Origin: Aplysia californica
Taxonomy: Eukaryota
DNA: 64,000 nucleotides
Direction: 5' to 3'
NCBI RefSeq assembly: GCF_000002075.1
Contig: NW_004797404.1
Coordinates: 3,356-67,355, forward strand
Shown here: in pieces, positions 11,801 through 24,400 of the stretch
Numbering within the stretch: the stretch's first letter is position 1
Layout of the letters: every line of letters starts with the position of its first letter
The notes under the pieces: model-generated
Told to the model about the DNA's origin: nothing
The model's input: the letters and a program-made list of their open reading frames with translations, nothing else
Databases searched by the model: none
Made by a program: the position numbers and the translations under genes

Positions 11801-14800
11801 ACCTATTCAGACTAAAAAAGAGCTGAAATTGTATGCCATAGACCTTTTTCATTGCCACAGTAGCACACATTTTCACACTGGTTGCTATTAGACTCTTGGG
11901 ACACAATGTCCATTTCATTCCCATCTGCATCTCAAACATCATCTCAAGCAGACAAAGTCCTCATTAAGTCTAATTGTACTAGCCTGACAAAAAAATGAGT
12001 ACAGCATTGTCTACAAGGGGGATCCAAGTCCAGTGGTTAAGACTAAGACTAAGATCCTGGGTTCTATTCCATGCACCCTTGGTTGAATACTGTGTCAATT
12101 GTTTTGGCTTTTCTGCTTATTGTCCTCAATTTATACAGCTGCTGCAAATGGGAACTTGGCTATTAGCAGCAACATATACGATAACATTTAAGTGCCTAAC
12201 ACTCTGTCACACTGTATGTCACTCAGGAATCTAAAATGACAAATTAGAAAGGCCAGAGGAAGCAAAAGGGCTACTGTCATGTTGTGAGAGCTTTCAGTTC
12301 ATATGAACACTAGACTAGAAGCAATCACATTAGCTATACTGATAAGTTGGTTCCAAAAATGGAGTCTAAATACATACAGTGGCCCAGTACCCACTGTGGA
12401 GACTTACCGTCCCTCTTGATGATGACGTGCTTACTTCCCTTGGCCAGTAGGTCCTGGTTCTGCATGATGGAGCCCAACAGGTCAAAGCACGAAGCAGATG
12501 CTGCCGGGGCAGCAGACGGGGAAGATGTTGTCGCAGATGAGGAGGATTGTGCTACTGGGGGTTGCGGAACCACAATTTTCCTGTGCAGAGTGAACAAACC
12601 TGTTGGCATTTTGTCTCTAAAATAAAAGCATTGATAGTAGACTACAAGATGATTCACTATAGTTCAGAGTGTTTTGAGTAAAGAGGTTTTGTTTTTTTTA
12701 GTAAGAATTTTACAGCGCTCGCAACTGCGTAGGGTCATATGAGCACCAAGGGGTGAATGTCATCAGAGAAGTCCAAACGGGGAATCAGGCTTACTCTGCT
12801 CACCTCTCTAGCTTCAACAGCACAAAGTCTGCTTCGACTATCAAGGCACCCCAGAAAAAGCAGTTCACAAGAGAGTGACAAATATACAAAAGAAGTAGAG
12901 GAAAAATGACGATAGTAAGGATGAGGAAAGAAAAGCAGCAGTTCCCCCTAGGTTTGTTCCAACACAGTATGAGCATGACATTGATAAATCAGCCCATTTA
13001 CAATTCTACTGTGCATAAGAACATGTTAACATCCCCCCTACAGGAATTTGAGAATACAGAAGCACATCAACACAACCATCATATAGTGCTGGGAAAAAGC
13101 AGGACAACGTATTTTCCACAGTCAAGATTTGCGACCTCTATATGGGGCTGGGGACTCCAGATTCCTAACGACAATCTGGACCGAACGGTAATCAACACCT
13201 GGATACAGGCAGATATACAACTACCGGCCCTGACCAGATGTGCTATAGACCAGACCAAAAGAGGTCGTAACATATCGGACCGCATGTGGCAAGCTGCCGC
13301 CCTCTGGAGGAGGCGGCCATAGAAAAAAAAAAAAAAAAGAAGCAAGACAGAGTAATAATAGAGGGTGAAAAAAGAAGTACTCACTCTTTTTTTTTAAATT
13401 CATGAACATCAAACAGTGTTCAACTGGTATTGCCGGTGGTTTTGATAAAAGCGTTTTGTTCAATTTTTCAAACAGAAGTTCTTTTACATTCAACATATGT
13501 CATTCACTAAAAACAGTATCAGAGCAGCTGTACTATAATTAATGTGAATGGTATCATTTTAGTGGCTCAAACAGGAGTGAACCTTCTTGTAAAGCCCATA
13601 CTTTGCTAAGAGATAATACTTCCAAACTTAAGCTCTGTTATAAAGAAGTGAGGTATGGTAATGTATTCCATGCCCTTTTCAACTGAGTGAGACCCTATCC
13701 TATGATTGAAATATTTTTTGAAAACTCCCCAAACAACCCGTTACAAGAGCATATCATTGAGGATTTCAAACAGGGTCACGTGCACCGCAGTCCATCATTT
13801 TATGAACAGATGTGGAATAATAGGAGGAAGACATAAAGACAAGGAGGGAACAATAATAACCAGAAGCATTAGCTGCAATATCGATAGGAACACACTCAGG
13901 TAAAAAGACATGCTGTTGAGAGACAGTTTGTGCCAAGTTATCACTTTCAAGGCACATTTCAACATGTACAGATAAGGATAACAGTAACAATAAGAAGAAG
14001 CTGATCAAGACACTCGGGTTAAAAACTTGTAAATGGTCAACAAGTAAGTCTATCTAATCTTGTTTTCTCTTTTTCTTATTGTACATCTGTATTCCAAGGC
14101 AACGCACTTTGCCAGTTCTAATTGCGACCAAATCCTAAGTACAGGGTGATCCAATAAAAACTGTACAACTTTTTTCCTAAATATCTCGCACAAACTTTGT
14201 ACTAGAATGTTATAATTTGAAACAGATATTATTCATTCATTTGTTTGACATAAAATTCACAAAAAATAAACTTACTTTCGAAAATGGAAAGGTTTTAATA
14301 AAAACCACCTAAAATGCAAAATGCACCAATTCGAAAGGTAAGGAAAATCATGAAATAATTGGTTGGTTCTTTCCTTTCCTTTGATTTTAAAATCTAATGT
14401 TTCCATCCCTGTAACCTTTAATCAATATTTCTTTTCTTCTCCAGATTATTTTTTTAAATTCCGGAATTCTGAGAGCAATGGTCTATATGTCCTCATTTGG
14501 ACTCGACACATTTTAACGTGTCGTTCGTAAAGTTCAGAGGTGGCCAAACACAAGGATTCATTCAACCATGAGTACTCAAAGCCATTCACACTGTACACCT
14601 TACAGTATGGAGCTGTTTCTAGAGACAATAGGAGGGGGGATGAGGTTGCCCAAGTACACAGCATTTGTGGAGTTGATATAACCTGAAAGGTGAATTTAGG
14701 CTTTGCCAAGGAACCAAATGTCATAGAGGAAATGTTCACGCTTTTCAAACAATCAAGGAATCATGAACACATTGCCATCCTCTGATAGCTTCGCAAACAG

Positions 14801-17800
14801 GGAAATGGCTTATCTACTGAGTGTAGTACCCCGGTGACGTTTAAGGGGTGCAAACGGTGTGCGTTTGGCCTGAAATGGTTGTTTTGACTAGGAATTTTTC
14901 GCTCTGATTCTCTATAGGTCCTGATGGACCATTTCCACCCATGACAACAAAAAAGTCCTTAAGGGCACTTTAACATTTTGTCCGTACCTTGTGCGAAACT
15001 TACGAAATGAGTTGGGGTGAGAAGATGTTCAATACAAAAAGCTCTCTCCTCTTTATTGATCTTAACTATGATCCCAGTAGGTAAAGGAAACTTGAGGAAA
15101 ACTATCTGCAAACTGCAGTAGTTTGCAATATAGCGCAATCGTTGGGATTTTTAGTGGTTGGCCTGATGCAAACTAGTGCGTCAAGCTACAAAAAATGAGG
15201 ACAGCTGAAAATGGGTTGATTTTTTTACGCGCTACATAGAGCAAAACTATTCTGTGGATTTATCTATAATGAATATCCGACAAATTCCTTTGGACTTCCA
15301 AATGTTGTATACAACAGTGTGAATACTTCAGTGTGAAAGAAAATATTAACCAAAAAAAGTTCTACAGGTTGTTTTGGGATCACTCTGTATATCTGAAAAA
15401 GAAAAACCACACAACTTTATTACGTCAATATACAAATAAAGTACATCTCAAATAAAAGGAAGAGTGCGGAAAAATTCTCGCATTGAGCAGTATAAAAACT
15501 CACCGCTTGGTCGGAGCAAAACTGAGTGGTTTGTGAGAGGAAAGTGCTGAGCGAGACAGCAACGCTTTGGCCGGAATGGCTGGTCGGTTGACAGGCTGCC
15601 GCTCCTCACCTTCATGTCTGGGGGAGGAATTGTTAGAGTAAAGAGTCGGTGAAGGGGGAAAAGTAAGACAATTAGATAGAAACAACAGAAGGAAAAAAAG
15701 AAATACAGCAGACTTTGTGTAACACAAACCATGCAATACGAAATTCGGGTCAATGCAAACGATTTCAGATCCACAAATTTTTTTTCGCTCTTTATTCTAT
15801 GCACTGTAACTTTCCTTAACATGTTCAAAAATTCCCAAAGATCTGATTAGCACAAAGAGATTTTGGGCAGTTTTATCATTCTTCTCGACGCTGACACTTC
15901 CTCTTTCTTTCTTTTTTTTGCTCAGGGTAGCCTACCAATGTCAATACACGTCACACAACGCCTTTTGTTTCACAGGACAGGAAAATGAGACACTTGGAAA
16001 TGCCAACCATCCCTAATTTAAAAGGAAAAACACTTTGGTGCTGTTGTAGCTAGACACGACATACTTAAAGAGTTAGTAGTGTAGCCAAAGACATGACACA
16101 CACTTAAGGACTGTTGTGGCCAAAGACATGAAACATACATAGTTGCTGTTGCCACAAAAAAAAAACGCCACATACTCAGCAAAACAGTAGAGTTCATCCT
16201 TCCTGCCTAGGATGGAGAACGAGGACATCTTGAAGTCGGAAAACCGCCCAGCGCCACCCGGCTCCACGCGACTGGCTCCGCTGGATGTCTTTTGAAGTGG
16301 AATGGATCGTCCGGCTGGGGGACGAGACAGACCTAGCTTGTCGGCAATACGACCTTTGACACTTGTTACTGGCGGTATGCGAGCCGTCCGAACCTGTCAC
16401 GGCAAGACAAAAGAGAAAAGATAGATCAGTACAAGAAGCACATCAACGCAAAAGTGGTGATCTTGCAACACAAGGTCATATGAATATAAGTGCTGAAGAT
16501 TAGAGGTGTTAAAAGAGAGTAACAAACACAAAAAAGAAAGAGAGATAAGGACGGTAAATGCTTTACAGGAAAGAAGGAGCAAACCACATCAGAGCATCTA
16601 CCTACCACTTACAATGGTGATTTGCTTCAGGAAGGAATTTGCACCCCCTGACAGACAGCACACAGAGCTGTATGCACCATATTATTGCATTGATGTTTGA
16701 GAACAGTTAGATGTCAGAGTAATTTGTTTTTATGAGCACCATTTAGTATTGAGAAAAAGAAAGGCAGATAGAAACAACAGGAAGAAGAAAGAAGTAGGAC
16801 CTAAAGATAATGCACATTCATAGAAAAAACAAACTGTACACATCATGTGGTAAAGTCATTAGCTGAAAATAAAAAAATTTCTCAAGATTCCGTAACCTAG
16901 TCTTCATCAGGACAGCCCCTGCTCATAGTGTTGCTTCCTTACATCATTCAGCATCTGTGGTGTAAAGGTTATGCTTTCATCATTGAAAGAAAAAAACAGG
17001 AGTTTCATTCTAGAGAGGGGAAAGTATTTTATTGACTATCTCCTGTCTGTTGGGATTTTGAATCATACTCAGCCAAGGTTGGCCAAGGCATGTATTGTTG
17101 AAGAAGCCGTTTAGATGACTTACCTTTCCAAATTATGTCAACAGGAGCATAAAAACATAATAACCACCAATACTCACAGCAGCCGGTGAGCTTCCAGTTG
17201 CTGACGACCTCCTTGTTGTTTTCTTGACCTTCCTTTTCTTGCGGCCTTTTCCTTTCCTTGTAGTCTTCCTCTTTCTCTTTGTCCCTGTCTTGCTTCCTGC
17301 TGTCTTCTTCTTGGTAGTTTTCCTTTTGCGTGTGGTTTTCCTCCGTGTTTTCTTTCTTGTCGTCCTTTTGCGAGTCGTTTTGCGTCTACGTGGAGCTGCT
17401 GCCCTTGTTGTTGACGAGGAGGTGGAAGGACCTGGTTCATTGTCACCCTGAATTTTAAAATTAAAATTAAAATTAAAAGATTTTTAACGACGGCATTCGT
17501 ATCAATAAAAAAAATGCATGGACCCCAGCACTCATGCGAGTTTCAGGTTCACAGAAAAAAAACAAGCCACGAATTCAAAAACATGATGAGAGAAAATTAC
17601 ATGCTTTAAAAATGCTCAAATAACACCAATAATAAGTAGATAGTGCACACACTGAAACTCATAATAGGCGCAAACAATCAACGTTGGTGGCCATAACGAG
17701 TTACAAAACAAATGAATTTTTGTCTTAGTTTTTGTAAGTTTTAAGGCACTTGCAACAAAATAAGGTTAGATAAAGGCCAAAAACTAGAGGTGCTACTAGA

Positions 17801-20800
17801 AAGTAACATACAAGTAAAATAAGGGGGAGAGATAAGGACAATACATCTTAGACAGGATGATAGGAAAGAAGGAGCAAACTACACCAGAGCACCCGCAAAC
17901 CGACCACAAAAGTGTTTTTGCAAACAGGGCAAATTCTGAAGCCCTAGCCCAGTAAGCTGACGAACCTCTCCCTCATCCTGGGCATCCATGGCTGCAGCCA
18001 CACGCTCCTGTCTTTGAGCTCGCTCGATCCGGATATCTGCGATGATTCTACGCACGCGCTCACTGACCCTCGTGCGGGCTATCTGGCGTCGTAACTGCCT
18101 TGGCATCAGAAGATTGGCTGTGAAAAAAACCAAGTCATGAGGAATAACAGCATCGTGGGAAATGTCTCGGATTTTAAATAGTCAAGTAAAGTAACTGAAA
18201 TATTTATCAATTGTTAACTAAATCAAAGTAACAAACTACATAACTCTGTGGTGCGATGGTTAAACTCTCTTTTCCTGTATACAGATAGCATGATTTCCAT
18301 CCCGGCATGGGGAAGTCTATTTTCCCAAATATCTCATATTTCTGTCAGCACACTGTATCCTGCATAGCCTATGTTGGCCACGACAGGCAGGGTCTTTGAC
18401 TTTGAGCAAAGAGACTCACATTGCCATGGTAACAGTGATTTAGAGCGTGGAAAAAGTAAGACAAATAGACACAGGGAACAAAAGAAGTAGAAAGACCTAG
18501 CAGTCGTGCTCTCCATCCAACAAACCACACAGGCTGGGCCAAAGCTGCCCACTTCCTTAATTATATAAATTGCATTGCGGTTTTAATTTTACTAAAGCGT
18601 TTTAAGCCACTTACAACGCAATGAGGTCAAATAGTGTCAAAGATTAGAGGTGTTACAAGACAGTAACACATACAAAAAAGGAAGGAGGGGAGATAAGGAA
18701 GATAGATGTTTGATAGGAAAGAAGGAGCAAACCACACCAGTGCGCCAGCCAACTGCCCACTTGCGTTGAATGAGGGTGTGCATGAAACATTTACCACCAT
18801 TAACAGTCAACAGCAACAACAAGAGACCACCATTACAGGAAAAAGAGGTGGAAACCACCAGTGCAGGCACCAACCTTGGTCACGGGCCTGCTGACAGTCC
18901 GGGCAGAACCACTCATCCACCGGCACTTGTGCCAGCGGTGGGTCCAAACATTCACAGTGGTATCTGAGGTGGAGAAAAAAACAAAACAACACATATAATG
19001 AAAATCTTGACCTGGACAGATGGCTGCTGGAATCACACCCATGGACAGGACCCAAGTTTGAAACCTGCGGTGATGCCCAATGCCGCGTTTCTCAAAATAG
19101 ATTAACTCCCAGCAGTTTTGCCTATTGTGGTTTTTTCATTTATGTTTCAGGGGTCCTCCATACCCTCAAACCTCATGCAATAATCTACCCACTCCAGATA
19201 GACATATTATATCAATAGAAAGGGAATTGGATGGTCTTTCAGACATAGCCAAAGGATTTCATTTTTTGTCAAGCTGTCATAAGTGGGACCTTTTTTTTCG
19301 TTACTAAAAATAGAAACAAAAACAGAAATCACACTATTCCAGCAATCACAAAGAAGGAAAAAAAAGTGTTTGAGAATTTAGAATTTGCAATTATTTCATG
19401 GAAAAGTGCATTCAGTTCTGCATATTAAGTGTCAAAGATACACAATTCTGTGGGAAAATAAAGAATGAGAGCATTCTAGTACATCCTACAATTCCTAGTT
19501 ATTGCCCTTGAATCTGGAAATTTAATACAATCACGTTTTGCTCTCAAGCATCCTGCAATAACCTGTCTGTTCCAGATAGACATATCATTTACCAATAAAG
19601 GGAATTAGATGGTGTTTCAGACCTAACCAATAGATTTTATATTTATCAAGCTTTCTTGAGGAGTGACATATTTACCGTGTTACTAAAAATAGATGCAGAA
19701 ACAGAAATCGGACTACCCCAACAATGACAAAGAAGAAACTAAAATATTTAACAATTTAGAGTTTACATTAATTTGATGAGAAAGTACATTCAATTCAGCA
19801 TGTAATGTGTAAAAGACCCCTCATTCTGTTGAAAAATAAAGAAATGAGGACCTTTTTTGTGCATTCTACAAATTCTCGGTTATTGCCCTTGAAACTGGAA
19901 ATTTCAAAGCGAGAATTTTATAATGAAGCCATCAATTTTAATATCTATTTTATATTTTTTAGGCTATTTAGTCACTTTTATTTGATAAAAACACCTTACA
20001 AAATCTTTCTTTTTAAACGTAAATGTATATTATCGGCAAAATACCACATCACCAGCCATCGTATATATTTCTAAGGTATAGTACTGCATGAACTGCTGGG
20101 AGTTAATGGATTTCTGTAATTCCCTCCCCCTGACACAACTTGAACAGAGTGAAATAAGACAAGAGGAGATAGGATTGAACAGAACAGGACAAGATGCATG
20201 TACAGTGAGTAGGGCTGGGTCACGAGCGCGAGAACGGAACTGAATCGCCACTCTTTCCTGCGGAACGCGATTCACGATTCACTTCAGCGGAACGCAGAAC
20301 AGTATCGCCAAACGATTCCCGATTCATTCCCCTGTCGCTGTCACCACCCTGTGGCTAGTTCAACCTACTGTTGAGTCGTGAGTCGAGTCACGAGCGCAAG
20401 AACGGAACGGAACACTTAGTATGGCTCCCCTTATTTTACAAAAGATAGTATAGTCCAACCCCCCTGTTAAAACAAAATGAACGGGGTCCAACCAATAGAC
20501 AGAAGGAATTTTATGGAGCCGTTGTTTTAGCGAATCATAGAGTTGGGGGGGGGGGGGGGGGGATTTATGGGGGTCACTAATTGAGGTCAGTTGATAGAGC
20601 AGCGCAACAAAGGGTGTGGGGCGGAGAAGATGGTGGAACAACAAGAGTGGGACTCGCGCTCGCCAAGAGGCGTTGATATGACACTGTTCCGTTTCAGTCA
20701 GTGTTCCGCCACAGTTCCACGAGCGCTCGCATACTCGCGATTCTTTAAAGCCGACTGAATCGCGAATCGCCACTCTCAAATTTCACGAGCAGGATCCAGC

Positions 20801-21392
20801 CCTAACAGTGAGGCAAGAATACACGAGGTAGGATAAGATATTATACACTGCTGATATACTCCACAGGAAGAAATAAAACATACTTTCCCTTGCTTCTATG
20901 AGACAAAATATAAATGTATAGCATCACTCACACCTACGCACAATTGCACGCAGGCACACATGCACGGACGCACACAAGCATGCAGGCACCCACACATTTG
21001 TGTACTCTACAATACAAGAAGGTCAATAACCTCCCCCATCTCCCTTCCCACCCTTCAGTCCCCTTCAGACTTTTTCACACAACAATCATTCAACAGTCAC
21101 AAAATCAAACACACACACACACAAACATACACAAACAGAAACACACACATATACACATACACACAGAAACACACACACACACAAAGAAAAACACACACAC
21201 ACATAGAAAAACACACACACACAGACATACTAACCCCATGTCACATCCATCACACAGCAGTAGCCTGTCCTCTCTGTCCGCCTGACCACACACCTCACAG
21301 TACGTCGGGTCATCTTCCTCTTGCTCCTCCTCTGCCTGGCTCCGATTTTCCACAGGAATCTGAGAAAGGGACAAAGTAAAATACAAATCACA

Positions 21393-21455
<63 letters not shown>

Positions 21456-24400
21456 TAACAGTTCATCCGTCAATTTCTGATAATGACCATTGCACCCGCA
21501 GCGGAGAATTTAAAAATATTTTTAAAAAGAGAAATAGAAGAATTAAAGGTTAAGATGACTTGTGGCTTCTCCGATGGTCAAGGAGACCAATTCTGGTAGA
21601 AAAAAGATTTCCACATTTTGAGCTTTCGAAAGTCCACTTCTACTTGTGAATGTGAGCAGCTTTCGGGCTTCTCTCTTGATTTCAGCATTTTTTATTCGTG
21701 AAGCCTCACTACATAAACAAAAATCAAAAATACAATCTACCAAAGGCAAACTACAGCCATCCACCTGGGGAGAAAATACAAAGTACAAAACAGTAATTCA
21801 GTAATAGCAACAGCAATAGAACAAAACCCTGTTCATTTTCTACTGATTACCTACATAAACATTTGACATGGACTGTCAGTACATAAAATAAAGCTTAATA
21901 AAGGACAACTACGACAGCAGCAACCATGAACACCACCAGCAACAACACAACAACAAATACAACAACAGCAAACAATAACCAAAACCACCACCAAGAACAA
22001 AAAAAACCCCACAGAAAATCCCGATTAACAACGACAACAACAGCACCATCATAATCGCCACCACTAACAACAAATTTTGAAACACCACTTCCAGCAAAAA
22101 TTTCTACTCCATCACCATCACCACCACCACCTCCAAGACTACAACCATCATAACCAGGGGCGAAGGCCGACTTGTTTGACAGGGTAATCAAAGTGAAATG
22201 GGACCAGATAGGGCCTGTAGATATCACACAAGAATCTTACTCGAGGCAGCGACTCTGAGTTGTGAATGAAAACAAATCCGGAATTCATATTGTATGTTCA
22301 ACCGCCAAAATAATCGGGAAAGTATCTTATTAAATATCAGTTCCCACTAAAATTAAACTTAACTTTAGATGTGAATACATAAACATAAAGCAAAGAAGCA
22401 GAGATGTCAGTACTAGATCTATATGTTATAGATCTACCAGTGAGTCTAACTCTTTGGTAGAACATGACAATCAGTATTTTTTAAATTTCACATTTGGCTG
22501 TTTTTGTTAGCCTTTCGCGGCCAGGAGCTGGTGTCATAATCGAGGTCACGATCTGATTATAGGACGGTAAAAAGTCGAGGAAAAAAAACAAGCACAAGCA
22601 GCAGTCAAGAGATTGTTAAGAGTTAGTTCCCCTCACATTTGTGAGGTAGACTCGACCAGTGTTAGTTAGCTTACTTAATCAGGGCTGGTGATTGATTTTA
22701 ACTGTGGCCCCAAAGGGGTGAACAGGGTATATGTGGCAATGAAACAGCTTTGACTGCCATGCACATGTTCCCTTCAACTCTATTCCAGCCTCACTTTATT
22801 TGTTGATTACGAACGTCTTTTGACATTTAATTTATGAGGTTTACGTTTAAGGATGAATTTGACAGCGACAATGTTTCAAAATTAGAAAGGGAAGCAGTGA
22901 TTATTTGATTATATAGACGCTTCGCCCCTGATCATAACAACACAATCCCATCAACCACTGACCTGTTTGAAGATGATCTCCTCCCCGACATGCCGAGCCA
23001 GGATGAGATGAAACACTTGCCTGTCCACGGGACACGTATTCACGTTCTGCAGAGCACAACGGTTATTCTGTACAGGGCAATACACAAGTTTTCTCCCAAA
23101 GTCAGAGAGCATAGCAACGTTTTGAAAAGAGACACATGTATGAGTCACGGTGTGGTGGAATCAGCCGCTCGTCAATTTTTTGGGGCATATGGGGTAATTG
23201 GTATCATCTTAAAACCTGTTCTTTTGCCTTCCTTTTGGGGAAAAATATATCCATCTATGTTGAATAGAAGTTGAAATGTTTGCGATTGAAAGAGGTCAGG
23301 GTCGTCTGGTTCCAGAAGTAAAATTAGCAAGAAAATGGCCTCCATAATTTGGTTGTTGTTGTTACCGATCCAGCAACAGCTGGGCTCTCGCCCTTCTGTA
23401 CAATGCCAAGTAGTGATAAGTGCAGGACTCCATAATTTGGTAACTTCAATAGTCTGAGAGTCCTTGGAAACTGACAATTTACATTTTTTCTACCTTTAAT
23501 TAATGTTTTCCAGTAAAATCCACACAAAAATGTGTTTTTAAATGGACGAAAAAGGTGTTGAGCCAAAAAAAAAAAGAAAATTAGAAAAAAATTGCCAATC
23601 GCACAAAAAACGGCACTGAATTTCACAACGATGCCTCACATATGACAGATTCTTTTACTGAGCAGTCGATAGGCTTTCAATATAGACAACTTCTCTCCCG
23701 AGATTCTAGCACATGACATCTCAGGCCACAGGTGAAACCCTCGGTAAAGAGAATTCTCTATTCTCATATATTGAGTATAACACAGATAAGTCGAACACAG
23801 AAGACTCGAAATCACACATTCGTCAAACTGTGCCTGCGGTCCGGTATTTATTTTTTTTCTTTATCCTTGAAAGAAATCCCTCGAACTACGAATCCCTTGA
23901 ACTACAGAGGCCAGTCCCGACGAATTCAAGCTATCTGTGTTATTATACTGTATATATATTTCTACCACCACAGTCGCGAGTAATCCCATTGTATTTTACT
24001 CCCCCTCTTGCTAGAGCAACAAAATGAGCCATGCTCAAATTGTGGGCATTGCATAAGTGCCTCCTGTTCTCCATACATGAAAATAAACAACACTAACAGA
24101 GAACACATTTTAAATCAGGTTTTTCAACTGAAAAAGGAAAATATCAAATAAATTCTATACAGTACATCAAGAAATCAGTCGAGTGAACCATGTCATTGAT
24201 GACAGAACCTACCATTAATCATATATTTCCATCTCCTACAGCAAAAATGAAACCATCTCCCTCTCCTTCANNNNNNNNNNNNNNNNNNNNNNNNNNNNNN
24301 NNNNNNNNNNNNNNNNNNNNNNNNNNNNNNNNNNNNNNNNNNNNNNNNNNNNNNNNNNNNNNNNNNNNNNNNNNNNNNNNNNNNNNNNNNNNNNNNNNNN

